A stretch of 35,093 nt of DNA from positions 1-35,093 of IMG/VR virus record IMGVR_UViG_3300030329_004417; one strand, given 5' to 3'. The translations under genes were made by a program, and so were the position numbers. Below the pieces are notes generated by a model that saw only the letters and a program-made list of their open reading frames with translations, did not search any database and had not been told where the DNA came from. How positions within the stretch are numbered: the first letter of the stretch is position 1; every line of letters begins with the position of its first letter. Shown piece by piece: positions 1 through 8,296 of the stretch. This stretch comes from a virus. Taxonomy: Duplodnaviria; Caudoviricetes.

Positions 1-373
1 CTATGACGGTGATAAAATGGTTGTGTGGCGCATCGTCAATTACGATGGCACCGAGCCTGAAATTCCCCTCTACATTTGGCGGCGCGAACAGAGCGCCAAT
101 TGCGGCGTTGGTCGGAAATCCGATTTAACGGAAATTTGGGGGGCTATCTCCACCAAAATAATGACTTCATTCGGCGGGACGAAAATCGCCGAGTTTAATA
201 GTTCCGGCATTGGCTTCTTTGCTGCTACCCCTGTCGCGCAACCAGCAGCATACACCGTGACGAACGGCGCGACAGACAGAGCCTACGATGCTAATGCGAC
301 CTCGACCGCCGAGTTGGCAGACGTTTTAGGCACGCTTATTGGCGACCTTCAAAACTATGGATTACTTCAATAG
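1..373 (+). CDS. C-terminal part of tail fibre/tailspike-like protein (5'-truncated)
   Basis: Frame 2 is open from position 2 to TAG at 371-373. The C-terminus (GFFAATPVAQP...LADVLGTLIGDLQNYGLL) resembles phage fibre ends. Probably the continuation of the fibre ORF starting at 33699. Confidence 0.6.
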   Translation, partial: YDGDKMVVWRIVNYDGTEPEIPLYIWRREQSANCGVGRKSDLTEIWGAISTKIMTSFGGTKIAEFNSSGIGFFAATPVAQPAAYTVTNGATDRAYDANATSTAELADVLGTLIGDLQNYGLLQ

Positions 374-427
374 CGCCTAGTTGCGAAGCGTTAATGTAAA
401 TTCGCAGCATGACCAATGGAGACTATA

Positions 428-739
428 ATGTTTAATCGCTCGTTTTTATCCATGCTCGTGGCGTTCGCACTCGGTGCAGTGCTTGCGTCTTGTTCTGGTT
501 TACCCAGTGATGTCAGCAATGCTGATGGCTCGCCTGTGTTCGAGGACAAGAAGGCTGGTGTGTTTCTCGGTGTCGGACCCGGCGCTGGTGGGTCTATCAG
601 TATCGTCTGCCTGAACAAGAAGGACGAAACCTACGCCAAAGGTCCGGCGTGCCACAAACTATTCAACGCGAAATCTTGCAAGTATTGGGGTGTTCCCGAA
701 TACAGCGATATGTCGTGCCCCACTATAGCCAAGAAATAA
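428..739 (+). CDS. small lipoprotein (lipobox LASC), Cys-rich
   Basis: MFNRSFLSMLVAFALGAVLASC is a signal peptide II with lipobox, followed by four more Cys. Alternative start at 416. Confidence 0.65.
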   Translation: MFNRSFLSMLVAFALGAVLASCSGLPSDVSNADGSPVFEDKKAGVFLGVGPGAGGSISIVCLNKKDETYAKGPACHKLFNAKSCKYWGVPEYSDMSCPTIAKK

Positions 740-770
740 CCACCGCAAAAAACAAAAATTGGAGAAAGAA

Positions 771-1103
771 ATGGCCGAATACGAAATCGAATTGAAGGAT
801 TTGGAACTTTCCGGGATACCGGAAGGAGCAGATAATCCCACTTATGGGGGATTATTGAAACAAATCATCAACATGCCTAGTTCCAATGAAGGAATTACGT
901 ATGACAAAATGCGCAAAATTTGCGACATTTCGGATAAGATCGATAAGGCGATGGAAAATGGAAATATTCTTCGCCTTGATGCCGATGAACATCGACTTTT
1001 GAAGGAACGGACCAGACAATTCCCGTTCGGCGTGGCCGATCGAGCTTTGATTATTTTTGTCGATGACGTTCTTGACGCTAAAAAAGTCGTCGAAGACAAA
1101 TAA
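771..1103 (+). CDS. hypothetical protein (tail-fibre region)
   Basis: GGAG RBS upstream of ATG 771; 110 aa ORF tightly packed in the operon. Confidence 0.6.
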   Translation: MAEYEIELKDLELSGIPEGADNPTYGGLLKQIINMPSSNEGITYDKMRKICDISDKIDKAMENGNILRLDADEHRLLKERTRQFPFGVADRALIIFVDDVLDAKKVVEDK

Positions 1104-1114
1104 GGAAGGTAGAT

Positions 1115-1522
1115 ATGGGATTCCCATCAGAAGCAGCCCGCAACGCAGCGGGGAAAATGGACGATCGAGAACTCGAACGACCCGAGCTTAAAGACTACGC
1201 CGAAACGGTAAATACTATTGGTGCTATTGGCGGGGGGGCTCAAGACATCGATCTTGAGGATGGGAATGTCGTATCCGCTACGGTGGATACATCGGAAACA
1301 ACGTTCACGTTTTCGAATCCCCCCGCTTCTGGAAGCTGTGGTTCATTCACATTGATTCTTACCAATGGGGGATCACAAACAGTGAACTGGCCCGCTTCTG
1401 TAGATTGGCCTTCTGGCGCGTCGCCCACGCTAACATCGTCGGGCGTTGACGTTCTTTCGTTCTTCACCGTTGATGGCGGAACGATATGGTATGGATTTGA
1501 GTGCGGATTGGATATGAGCTAA
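1115..1522 (+). CDS. tail fibre-associated beta-rich virion protein
   Basis: TAAGGAAGG RBS. The stretch TFTFSNPPASG...FTLILTNGGSQTVNWPASVDWPSG..PTLT.SGVDVLSFFTVDGGT.WYG resembles a domain common in phage tail-fibre regions. Confidence 0.65.
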   Translation: MGFPSEAARNAAGKMDDRELERPELKDYAETVNTIGAIGGGAQDIDLEDGNVVSATVDTSETTFTFSNPPASGSCGSFTLILTNGGSQTVNWPASVDWPSGASPTLTSSGVDVLSFFTVDGGTIWYGFECGLDMS

Positions 1523-2310
1523 TGCTTAGTTCCAGAATGCTACAATCGGTTACTACTGGGGAGTATGTTGCGGATGCTGTAAATTCGAACGGTACCCAAT
1601 TCGCAAATAGAGCATCCGCCCTATCCGGCGTGTCAAATGGTAAACAAGGACTAATTTCCGCTTGGGTTGAAATCAATACTAATACTGTTCATCATCGATA
1701 CGTTATAAGTTCAGGCACTTCCGGAGGAGCGAATGTTGGTTTGTTGTTCAGTCACCAATATGCTTCCGACACATTCGTGCTTAATGCATACAATTCAGTA
1801 AATACAATTGTTTTGAATGTTGAAAATGATACAGTGTTTACTGACGTTACAAATCCAGGAATTCATCACCATTTAATTTCCTGGGATTTATCGGTTGCCG
1901 GTTCATTTAAATGGTACGTGGATGACGTATTGGCGACTGTTACCGAAACCACATTCTCCAATGACGATATCAACTACGAAACTGCATCCGGATGGAACGT
2001 ATTGAATGATCCGGGATTCTCCGGAGCCTATGCTCCTTGGTCAGGCGACGTATTTGATATTTGGTTCGATCCGGGGGAATACATTGATCTCACAGTTGAA
2101 GCAAACAGGCGAAACTTCATCGACGCGAGCGGTAAGCCTGTCAATCCGGGAGCAAAAGGCGAAGCTTTTACTGGTACCCAACCCCCTATGTTCTTTCATT
2201 TGAATGATGGGGAAACTCCAGCCAATAATTTTTTTAATAACGCTGGTAGTGGCGGTACTTTCACAGCCAATGGTACTCTTACCGTTGCGCCATCAAGTCC
2301 AACGGATTAG
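1522..2310 (+). CDS. concanavalin A/LamG-like virion protein (putative receptor-binding)
   Basis: TAATG-coupled start. LamG-like pattern ISAWV...HHHLISWD....KWYVDD; rich in Thr, Asn, Ser and Gly. Confidence 0.6.
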   Translation: MLSSRMLQSVTTGEYVADAVNSNGTQFANRASALSGVSNGKQGLISAWVEINTNTVHHRYVISSGTSGGANVGLLFSHQYASDTFVLNAYNSVNTIVLNVENDTVFTDVTNPGIHHHLISWDLSVAGSFKWYVDDVLATVTETTFSNDDINYETASGWNVLNDPGFSGAYAPWSGDVFDIWFDPGEYIDLTVEANRRNFIDASGKPVNPGAKGEAFTGTQPPMFFHLNDGETPANNFFNNAGSGGTFTANGTLTVAPSSPTD

Positions 2311-2319
2311 AAGATTACT

Positions 2320-2673
2320 ATGGGCGACGTAGACTTATCAGCGGTAAGGGCGAAACTTAACGCCCATATTATAGAATGTAATCGGGAGCGCGAATTACAA
2401 GAACGCACTGACGATCGACTTCGTGAAGATATTAAAAATTTGAATGAAAAACATGACAGAATTCGGGATCGTGTCGTCACCGGCAACAAAGAAGCGAATG
2501 CAACGATGGGAAGAATCCATCATCGTATTGACCAAACTCGATTTCAAGTTCTTTCTATTGTGATTGGGGGAGGGTTTACAGTTGTTGGTTCTTTAGCCGG
2601 TTTCTTTTATTGGTGGTCTGGTCACATTATCGGCGTAATTAAATTGATGATAACTGGAGGATACGAAGGATGA
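2320..2673 (+). CDS. coiled-coil protein with C-terminal transmembrane helix (lysis-module associated)
   Basis: Charged helical N-terminus followed by the hydrophobic segment VLSIVIGGGFTVVGSLAGFFYWW; directly upstream of the holin. Confidence 0.55.
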   Translation: MGDVDLSAVRAKLNAHIIECNRERELQERTDDRLREDIKNLNEKHDRIRDRVVTGNKEANATMGRIHHRIDQTRFQVLSIVIGGGFTVVGSLAGFFYWWSGHIIGVIKLMITGGYEG

Positions 2674-3098
2674 TCACACTCCTAGGCAGTGTACTGGGTT
2701 TCGCGACCAGCTTTTTACCAAAAATTCTTGGCTATTTTGAGCAGCGGCAGAATAACGCGCACGAACTCAAAATGTTGGAGGCCACGGCAGAAATCCAAAA
2801 GGATCGAGCAATCATCGATGCCCAAATCCGTGATTTGGAAGCGGTACGGGTCCACGATTCTCAGCTTCGATCCGGATACAAATGGATGGACGCTTACCGA
2901 TCAAGCGTACGACCCACCATTACTTATATGTTCATGGCACTTTTCATTTTTGTGGAAATGTCAGCATACATCATTATGTTGAAAACTGGAATGGACGCGT
3001 TTGAAGCCGGTAAGCATCTTTGGAATGCCGAGATCAATGGGCTGTTCGCCGCGATTATTTCATTCTGGTTCGGCGATCGAGGATTTTCGAAGAAATGA
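2670..3098 (+). CDS. holin-like membrane protein
   Basis: N-terminal hydrophobic segment, the motif RSSVRPTITY followed by a TM helix, and C-terminal IISFWFGDR. ATGA overlap with the endolysin. Confidence 0.65.
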   Translation: MITLLGSVLGFATSFLPKILGYFEQRQNNAHELKMLEATAEIQKDRAIIDAQIRDLEAVRVHDSQLRSGYKWMDAYRSSVRPTITYMFMALFIFVEMSAYIIMLKTGMDAFEAGKHLWNAEINGLFAAIISFWFGDRGFSKK

Positions 3099-3541
3099 AG
3101 ATCAATGGCTTCGGACTCGACATAATCAAACGGCACGAGGGCCTTCGACTATCTCCGTATTTATGCCCCGCGTCCGTCCCGACGATCGGCTACGGGACTA
3201 TACGCTACCCGGACGGTACCCCTGTGGCCCTCACCGATCCAGATATCACGGACGAGCGAGCCTCGGCCCTCCTCGACCACGAGGTACGGGGCACTGAGTA
3301 CGCCATATCGGTGATGACGTCTGTACCCATTACGGAGAACCAATTCTCGGCCCTCGTTTCGTTTGCGTATAACGTAGGGGTAAGTGCCACCCGGTGTTCT
3401 ACCCTGATGCGGAAATTGAATCGCGGCGATACGATCGGTGCTGGAAAAGAATTCCCCCGCTGGAAGTTTGGCGGGGGTAAGGTACTGCCGGGTCTTGTTC
3501 GACGTCGGAACGAAGAACAAGCCCTATTTTTTCGCGCCTAG
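3095..3541 (+). CDS. endolysin, GH24 lysozyme
   Basis: HEGLRLSPYLCPASVPTIGYG (E-x8-C-x5-T catalytic triad), QFSALVSFAYNVG, GKVLPGLVRRRNEE. Start ATG 3095 overlaps the holin stop. Confidence 0.95.
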   Translation: MKINGFGLDIIKRHEGLRLSPYLCPASVPTIGYGTIRYPDGTPVALTDPDITDERASALLDHEVRGTEYAISVMTSVPITENQFSALVSFAYNVGVSATRCSTLMRKLNRGDTIGAGKEFPRWKFGGGKVLPGLVRRRNEEQALFFRA

Positions 3542-3544
3542 GGG

Positions 3545-5656
3545 CTACATTAGTCCCTCTTTCAACTTAAGGCCGCGTAGCCTAACAACTACGCGGCCTT
3601 TTCTTTTATTTTTAGCGGGATACCCGGCAGAAGTTAGTTTTTTTCCCCAGTAGACGTCTGTAAAAGGCTTTTGGTATCCACTAACACGTGACCATTCCGC
3701 AAAGTCCGCATAGAGTTCTGGAGAGGGAGAGCCTTCCTCAATATCAACGTTTTCTGTTCGGGTGACAATCCAGCGTCCAACCGGATCATTTTCAAGCATG
3801 TATTCGGCCACAGATTGATTGGACTGCTCGGGAGTAATGAAATTGCCCCTCTCGTAAAGAGTTCTAAGAGAATGAACCCATCTGTTGAGGATTCCAGCAC
3901 GTTCACTGTGAAGTTTGGCGTCGAGGTCGAGATCAGGTTTTTCTACTTTGTTTGGGCAATTGAGGATGATGATTCGTCTTCGCAAAGCATCGCTGTTATC
4001 ACTGGTAGCTGGCATGTCATTAACCAACTCAAGGAAACGGACCGATAATGTAACATTATTTTGGGTTTCACCATACAGACGCCGGATATCAATGGCGTCT
4101 CCACCTGTAATCTTTTTAAGGTAAGTGTCTGAAACGAGGTTAAGTCGAGATTGTTCGCCTGAGATATTAACAAGTTTTCCGACAAGTGAAGTTCTTTTGC
4201 GTTCGTTGTTAAGATCGGTGACTCCAACTGATCCGACACATTCTGGATTATGCATGCTGCGTAACACTCGGGAGACGGTACCTTTGCCATTACCTCCCGG
4301 ACCTCTGAGAAAGAGAAGCCTTTGGAAGGACATGTCGTCAACAAGGGTGTGAGCGCAGTATTCGTCCCAGAATGTAATAGCCTCTGTATCGCCATCGAAA
4401 GTCTCCTTTACGATTTTATCGTACAATGGACATTTTGCATTTTCGTCCCATTCTACATCGAGTTGATGAGTAAGCTCGTGACTAGAATCCCACTTAAGTA
4501 GGTCCCCAGAAACAACGTCGATAGTACCGTTAAGACAGCAAATACGACGCTTTTTAGGATCATCTTTCGCTGCTACGCCGGGGGTTGATCCGAATGATAT
4601 ATTTTCACGCATTGTATGTATAATAGAAACAGCATTGTCAACATCGCGTAATCTAAGAAATTCGTCAGCATCGTACATTCTCCTCTTGAGGTCAGGTATA
4701 TTAACTAAAGGCCAATGTCCGTCTCGGTATGTGCGCAGTTGGCCACGCACGCATGCTACGTTTTCTTGGCCTCCTAGATACTCGATTGCCCAATCGGCCA
4801 TAATTCGTTCTGCAGGGGGTTTCTTCTTCGACTTGGCATTGCCAGTCATTCCTTTTTCTCTAGCGGAATCTATCCATCCTTGGACGACTTGTTCCTCTTC
4901 GGGCCAGTTATATTCTTCACCAGTTCGTTCCACAGCCAAACGCTTAGCACGACTAACCCTACTATGAATATCGAGGTCGCGCCAATCGCGGGCCACCATG
5001 AACGCAACTGCGGAGACGCAGGTATCATGAGTATTCCCGCCCCCATCAACACCAGCCCAATGCATGGTATTGAGTGCCTCAAAATGTTCGTCTTTGTCGG
5101 TACATATCGCTCTAATTTCATCCACAGTGCCGAACGTAATGCTCGGAAGCGAGTCCGATTGAAGGATATCTTGGCCCACCCACTCGTAGGGTTGATCCGT
5201 ATCTGGATGGATAGAAGGCGGAATAACGGTTTGCGCTCCCAGTGCCAAAATTTCCACTGAGGGGGCGCTCTTAGGCTTTCCGTTTTCGTCGGTTCGTCGG
5301 ATTTTTGCATTGGTTAACTCCTTCGGTGCTACGCCAAAAATAGTTAATCCTTTCTTCCCTTTCTTGGCCGGTTGGTCCGACCCTATCGCGTGTTTCACTT
5401 TGTCGACGAGATCATCGTCGTCGATATCCACCGCGATGATCTGGACGCCCTCCGGGCCGTACCCCGTACCGAGGCATAGACCAATGTTGCACCCCGGATG
5501 ATTTGTATCCCACGCGTCGATTTCGTCTGCGGTCGGTATTTCTTGGCAATAACGTTGCCAATGATTGCTAATTGGTCGTTTTAGTCCCGGTTTAAGCGGA
5601 ATGAGACTGATGCCACGCTCCGCGTATAGAGTTGCTAACTCTTTGAACTCCCCCAT
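3545..5656 (-). CDS. Prim-Pol domain primase fused to D5/P4-family SF3 helicase
   Basis: N-terminal bifunctional primase/polymerase motifs (IPL..G.KRP, NIG, VDID, VIPPSIHP). D5_N-like CCLNG region, Walker A GPGGNGKG, LKKITGGD, RRRIII, and a C-terminal winged-helix-like region. Confidence 0.9.
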   Translation of the reverse strand: MGEFKELATLYAERGISLIPLKPGLKRPISNHWQRYCQEIPTADEIDAWDTNHPGCNIGLCLGTGYGPEGVQIIAVDIDDDDLVDKVKHAIGSDQPAKKGKKGLTIFGVAPKELTNAKIRRTDENGKPKSAPSVEILALGAQTVIPPSIHPDTDQPYEWVGQDILQSDSLPSITFGTVDEIRAICTDKDEHFEALNTMHWAGVDGGGNTHDTCVSAVAFMVARDWRDLDIHSRVSRAKRLAVERTGEEYNWPEEEQVVQGWIDSAREKGMTGNAKSKKKPPAERIMADWAIEYLGGQENVACVRGQLRTYRDGHWPLVNIPDLKRRMYDADEFLRLRDVDNAVSIIHTMRENISFGSTPGVAAKDDPKKRRICCLNGTIDVVSGDLLKWDSSHELTHQLDVEWDENAKCPLYDKIVKETFDGDTEAITFWDEYCAHTLVDDMSFQRLLFLRGPGGNGKGTVSRVLRSMHNPECVGSVGVTDLNNERKRTSLVGKLVNISGEQSRLNLVSDTYLKKITGGDAIDIRRLYGETQNNVTLSVRFLELVNDMPATSDNSDALRRRIIILNCPNKVEKPDLDLDAKLHSERAGILNRWVHSLRTLYERGNFITPEQSNQSVAEYMLENDPVGRWIVTRTENVDIEEGSPSPELYADFAEWSRVSGYQKPFTDVYWGKKLTSAGYPAKNKRKGRVVVRLRGLKLKEGLM

Positions 5657-5657
5657 T

Positions 5658-7028
5658 TTACCTCCTAAAATAGTCGATGATGGATTGCGCCACGTTACTC
5701 TTATGTTGCAGACATTTAATAATATCTATTTCTTCTTCTGTCCCAATGAGATCGATATAAAGGACGGAATCGTTTGTTTGTCCGTGTCTATGGATTCGAT
5801 CTTCACTCTGTATTCTGTCGTCAAGGCTATAATTGTTTTCATAGTAGACTGCCGTTGCGCATCGATTGTCCTCAGTACCAAGTAAAGTGTGCCCGTATTT
5901 AGCACTTCGCACCTGACAGATAATGATGTCAGCTTCGCCAGTGTTGAACTTGAACTTCTCAGCTTCGATGTCCTCATCTTGCATCCCTCCAGTGATGAAC
6001 GAGTAGGGAATTTTCTTTTTGTCCAGCGCGTCGAATATGTCCTGAATCGAGTGGCGGTAGTGGGCATTCACCACGATTGGAGTATCGCGCGTCTCATACA
6101 ATTCAAGCAGCAGGTCCAGTTTGGGGTTTTTACCAGGAATTTTAATTGGTTCCCCTTCTTCGGAATTTACCCACCCCGAAGAAATTTGCTGCAGTTTCAT
6201 GATTTTGGTGATTACCATGTGGACTTCGATTTCCTCCCCTTGGACGTACGCGATTAGATCGTCGCGCATAGTAGTATAGTGTGCGGTCTGGTCCCTCGTC
6301 AAGTCGAATCGTCTTTCCGTGTAGATTTTCGGCGGGAGATCGGTCCATTCGTCCTTCCTAGCGCGGAACCCCACCTGATCCACCATATTCGCAAGCTCAA
6401 GTTCTCTATCCTTCTTGACGCCAAGCACCTGCTTACCTTGCCACCCGCCCATACGGCAGAAGTAGTTGCGAAACGCGAAATAGTTGGACTTTCCATTGGC
6501 TGACAGGAATGTAAGTTGTGCCCATAAATCGTGGGGACCCTGAACTATAGGGGAACCAGAAAGACAACGACGATATTCCATCAGCGTCTTGCGCTGTAGC
6601 AACCATTTAGTCTTTTTGGCTTTATGATTCTTGATCATGATGCTTTCATCGAGCACCACCATACAACGATAACGATTGATCAACCTATCGACTTCCTCGC
6701 CGCCAGAATAAATCAACGTTTCGTAGTTTATAATAAAAATGTTGGGCATGTCAATAACCGACCCCAGTTCCGGCCAAACCCTGATGTTTGGGTCCATCTT
6801 TAACCATGTTTCTGCTTCTTTGGCCCAGTTTCGCTTTAAAGTGTTAGGGCAAATTACGATTAGAATGTCTACGTCGTGGTTGAGCCACAATTCTAAAAAA
6901 TCGGACAGAGCGACTGCTGTCTTACCGAGTCCCATTTCCATCCAGTAACCGAATTCCCCCCGTCCGCCACACTTATCCAACGCGCGGGATTGAACTTCAT
7001 ATGGGTTACCATTAAGATTCCAAGTCAT
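5658..7028 (-). CDS. SNF2-family (SF2) DNA helicase
   Basis: MEMGLGKT, IINYE, VVLDES, LSGSP and QSEDRIHRHGQ motifs. Confidence 0.9.
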   Translation of the reverse strand: MTWNLNGNPYEVQSRALDKCGGRGEFGYWMEMGLGKTAVALSDFLELWLNHDVDILIVICPNTLKRNWAKEAETWLKMDPNIRVWPELGSVIDMPNIFIINYETLIYSGGEEVDRLINRYRCMVVLDESIMIKNHKAKKTKWLLQRKTLMEYRRCLSGSPIVQGPHDLWAQLTFLSANGKSNYFAFRNYFCRMGGWQGKQVLGVKKDRELELANMVDQVGFRARKDEWTDLPPKIYTERRFDLTRDQTAHYTTMRDDLIAYVQGEEIEVHMVITKIMKLQQISSGWVNSEEGEPIKIPGKNPKLDLLLELYETRDTPIVVNAHYRHSIQDIFDALDKKKIPYSFITGGMQDEDIEAEKFKFNTGEADIIICQVRSAKYGHTLLGTEDNRCATAVYYENNYSLDDRIQSEDRIHRHGQTNDSVLYIDLIGTEEEIDIIKCLQHKSNVAQSIIDYFRR

Positions 7029-7572
7029 CGCTGTTCCTCATCACTTTGTCCGTACCGGCGAGTTGTTTACGCACGGTGTCGAGTATTTTTTGTTTCCTCT
7101 CGTCGTCTCCCTGCAAATTACCAACCGCGCCAATGAGACGTTCCCAGGAAGATTCTTGAAAATTGCCGACCCATGAATTCCCCATCCGTATTTCGTTGTT
7201 GAGGAAGAAGACTTCATCGATCAGGTCCGCGCATTTAACAACGTCTTTATGTTGGTCGCTAAACCTAGGTGCGATCGTTTTAAACGTACTGACCGCCAAA
7301 TTTACGTTCATTCCGTGGTACTTGGTGGGGTCCACTACTTCCCGCTTAAACGGGCCGGGTATGTCCCCGCTGAAAATTTCGTCCCGGTCGTGGTACAGGG
7401 CGACCAAAATACACTCAGCTCGGAATTCGGGCCGGTATCCCATCATTATACAGATTTGATCCGTGTAGATCGATACGAAATAGCTGTGCTCTGCTATGTT
7501 TTGAGTGTTGAGGGTCCGGGCGATGGACCAACGATTAACGAATGCCATGCGGCGATAAGCTTGTTCAAACAT
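7012..7572 (-). CDS. datZ: HD-domain dATP triphosphohydrolase (DatZ-like/YfbR family)
   Basis: RWSI...QNIAEHS...ALYHD.DE..SGDIPGPFK...KCADLID. The RW-x-I and GD.P.P features resemble DatZ, and the gene lies in the purZ cluster. Confidence 0.8.
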   Translation of the reverse strand: MFEQAYRRMAFVNRWSIARTLNTQNIAEHSYFVSIYTDQICIMMGYRPEFRAECILVALYHDRDEIFSGDIPGPFKREVVDPTKYHGMNVNLAVSTFKTIAPRFSDQHKDVVKCADLIDEVFFLNNEIRMGNSWVGNFQESSWERLIGAVGNLQGDDERKQKILDTVRKQLAGTDKVMRNSDDLES

Positions 7573-7602
7573 CTTGCACTCTCTTCTGTGCGTGGGGTTG
7601 GA

Positions 7603-8076
7603 CTAGTCTTCGTCGTGAAGAAACGGGTTGATCAGTAGATTCGACGCTTTGATTTCGGCCACCGGCTCGTAGAACTTGAGGCCAGTTTCGCTGTCGATCC
7701 ACATTTGGCTGATTTCCTGCCCGTCCAATACAAGACCATTCGGCTTGCGGCGCTTGAGGTTCGATCGGTTGATCTTATATTCTTGACCATCGACCGTCAC
7801 CGTTGCGACTTGTTCCGATGCGTCTTTGGGGATGGATTCTGCCGGGTCCCGATCATTGAACTGGGACCAAGCGTGATCCCGTTCGATTTTGGTTACCCGA
7901 TGGTCGATGTCGAACTTGTCTTTCAACAAGGCCGTCATACGGTTGGCGTCTGGAACGCCCGCACGGGTGAAATCGTCTTCGCTATCGGGGTTCATTTCCC
8001 CAATAATCGCAATCATGTTGCCCAATAGGGCCTCTTGACTAAGTTCGTCGGCCATTAAATAACTCCTTTCCGACAT
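7603..8076 (-). CDS. hypothetical protein with small helical module (DFT..G.P...L...VT..ERD.AW)
   Basis: 157 aa ORF packed between the MazG-like and HD genes. Confidence 0.55.
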   Translation of the reverse strand: MSERSYLMADELSQEALLGNMIAIIGEMNPDSEDDFTRAGVPDANRMTALLKDKFDIDHRVTKIERDHAWSQFNDRDPAESIPKDASEQVATVTVDGQEYKINRSNLKRRKPNGLVLDGQEISQMWIDSETGLKFYEPVAEIKASNLLINPFLHDED

Positions 8077-8296
8077 TCCATGCTATCATCATAGCAAAAT
8101 TCGCGACATCTGCCGCCTCGAATAAGACCTCAAACGGGTTTTCCCGCTCAATGGCCTCTTGCAATTCATCGACTTCTTCTCGCAGACGAATAAAGAGGGT
8201 ATCTAGATCGGTTTCCTCCCACCCACCTTTATGGTCGTTTCGACGAAGCTTAAGCTCCATCGCCTCTGCAAATACGTTTATTTCGTGTCGCGCCAT
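8039..8296 (-). CDS. MazG-like all-alpha dNTP pyrophosphohydrolase (MazZ/DUF550-like)
   Basis: LREEVDELQEA...FEAADVANF carries the ExxE...ExxD metal-binding motif; overlaps the purZ stop. Confidence 0.75.
   Translation of the reverse strand: MARHEINVFAEAMELKLRRNDHKGGWEETDLDTLFIRLREEVDELQEAIERENPFEVLFEAADVANFAMMIAWNVGKELFNGRRT

Noticed and set aside
3140-3200. Cys instead of Asp in the lysozyme catalytic triad
   Set aside because: E-x8-C-x5-T is a common, active GH24 variant.
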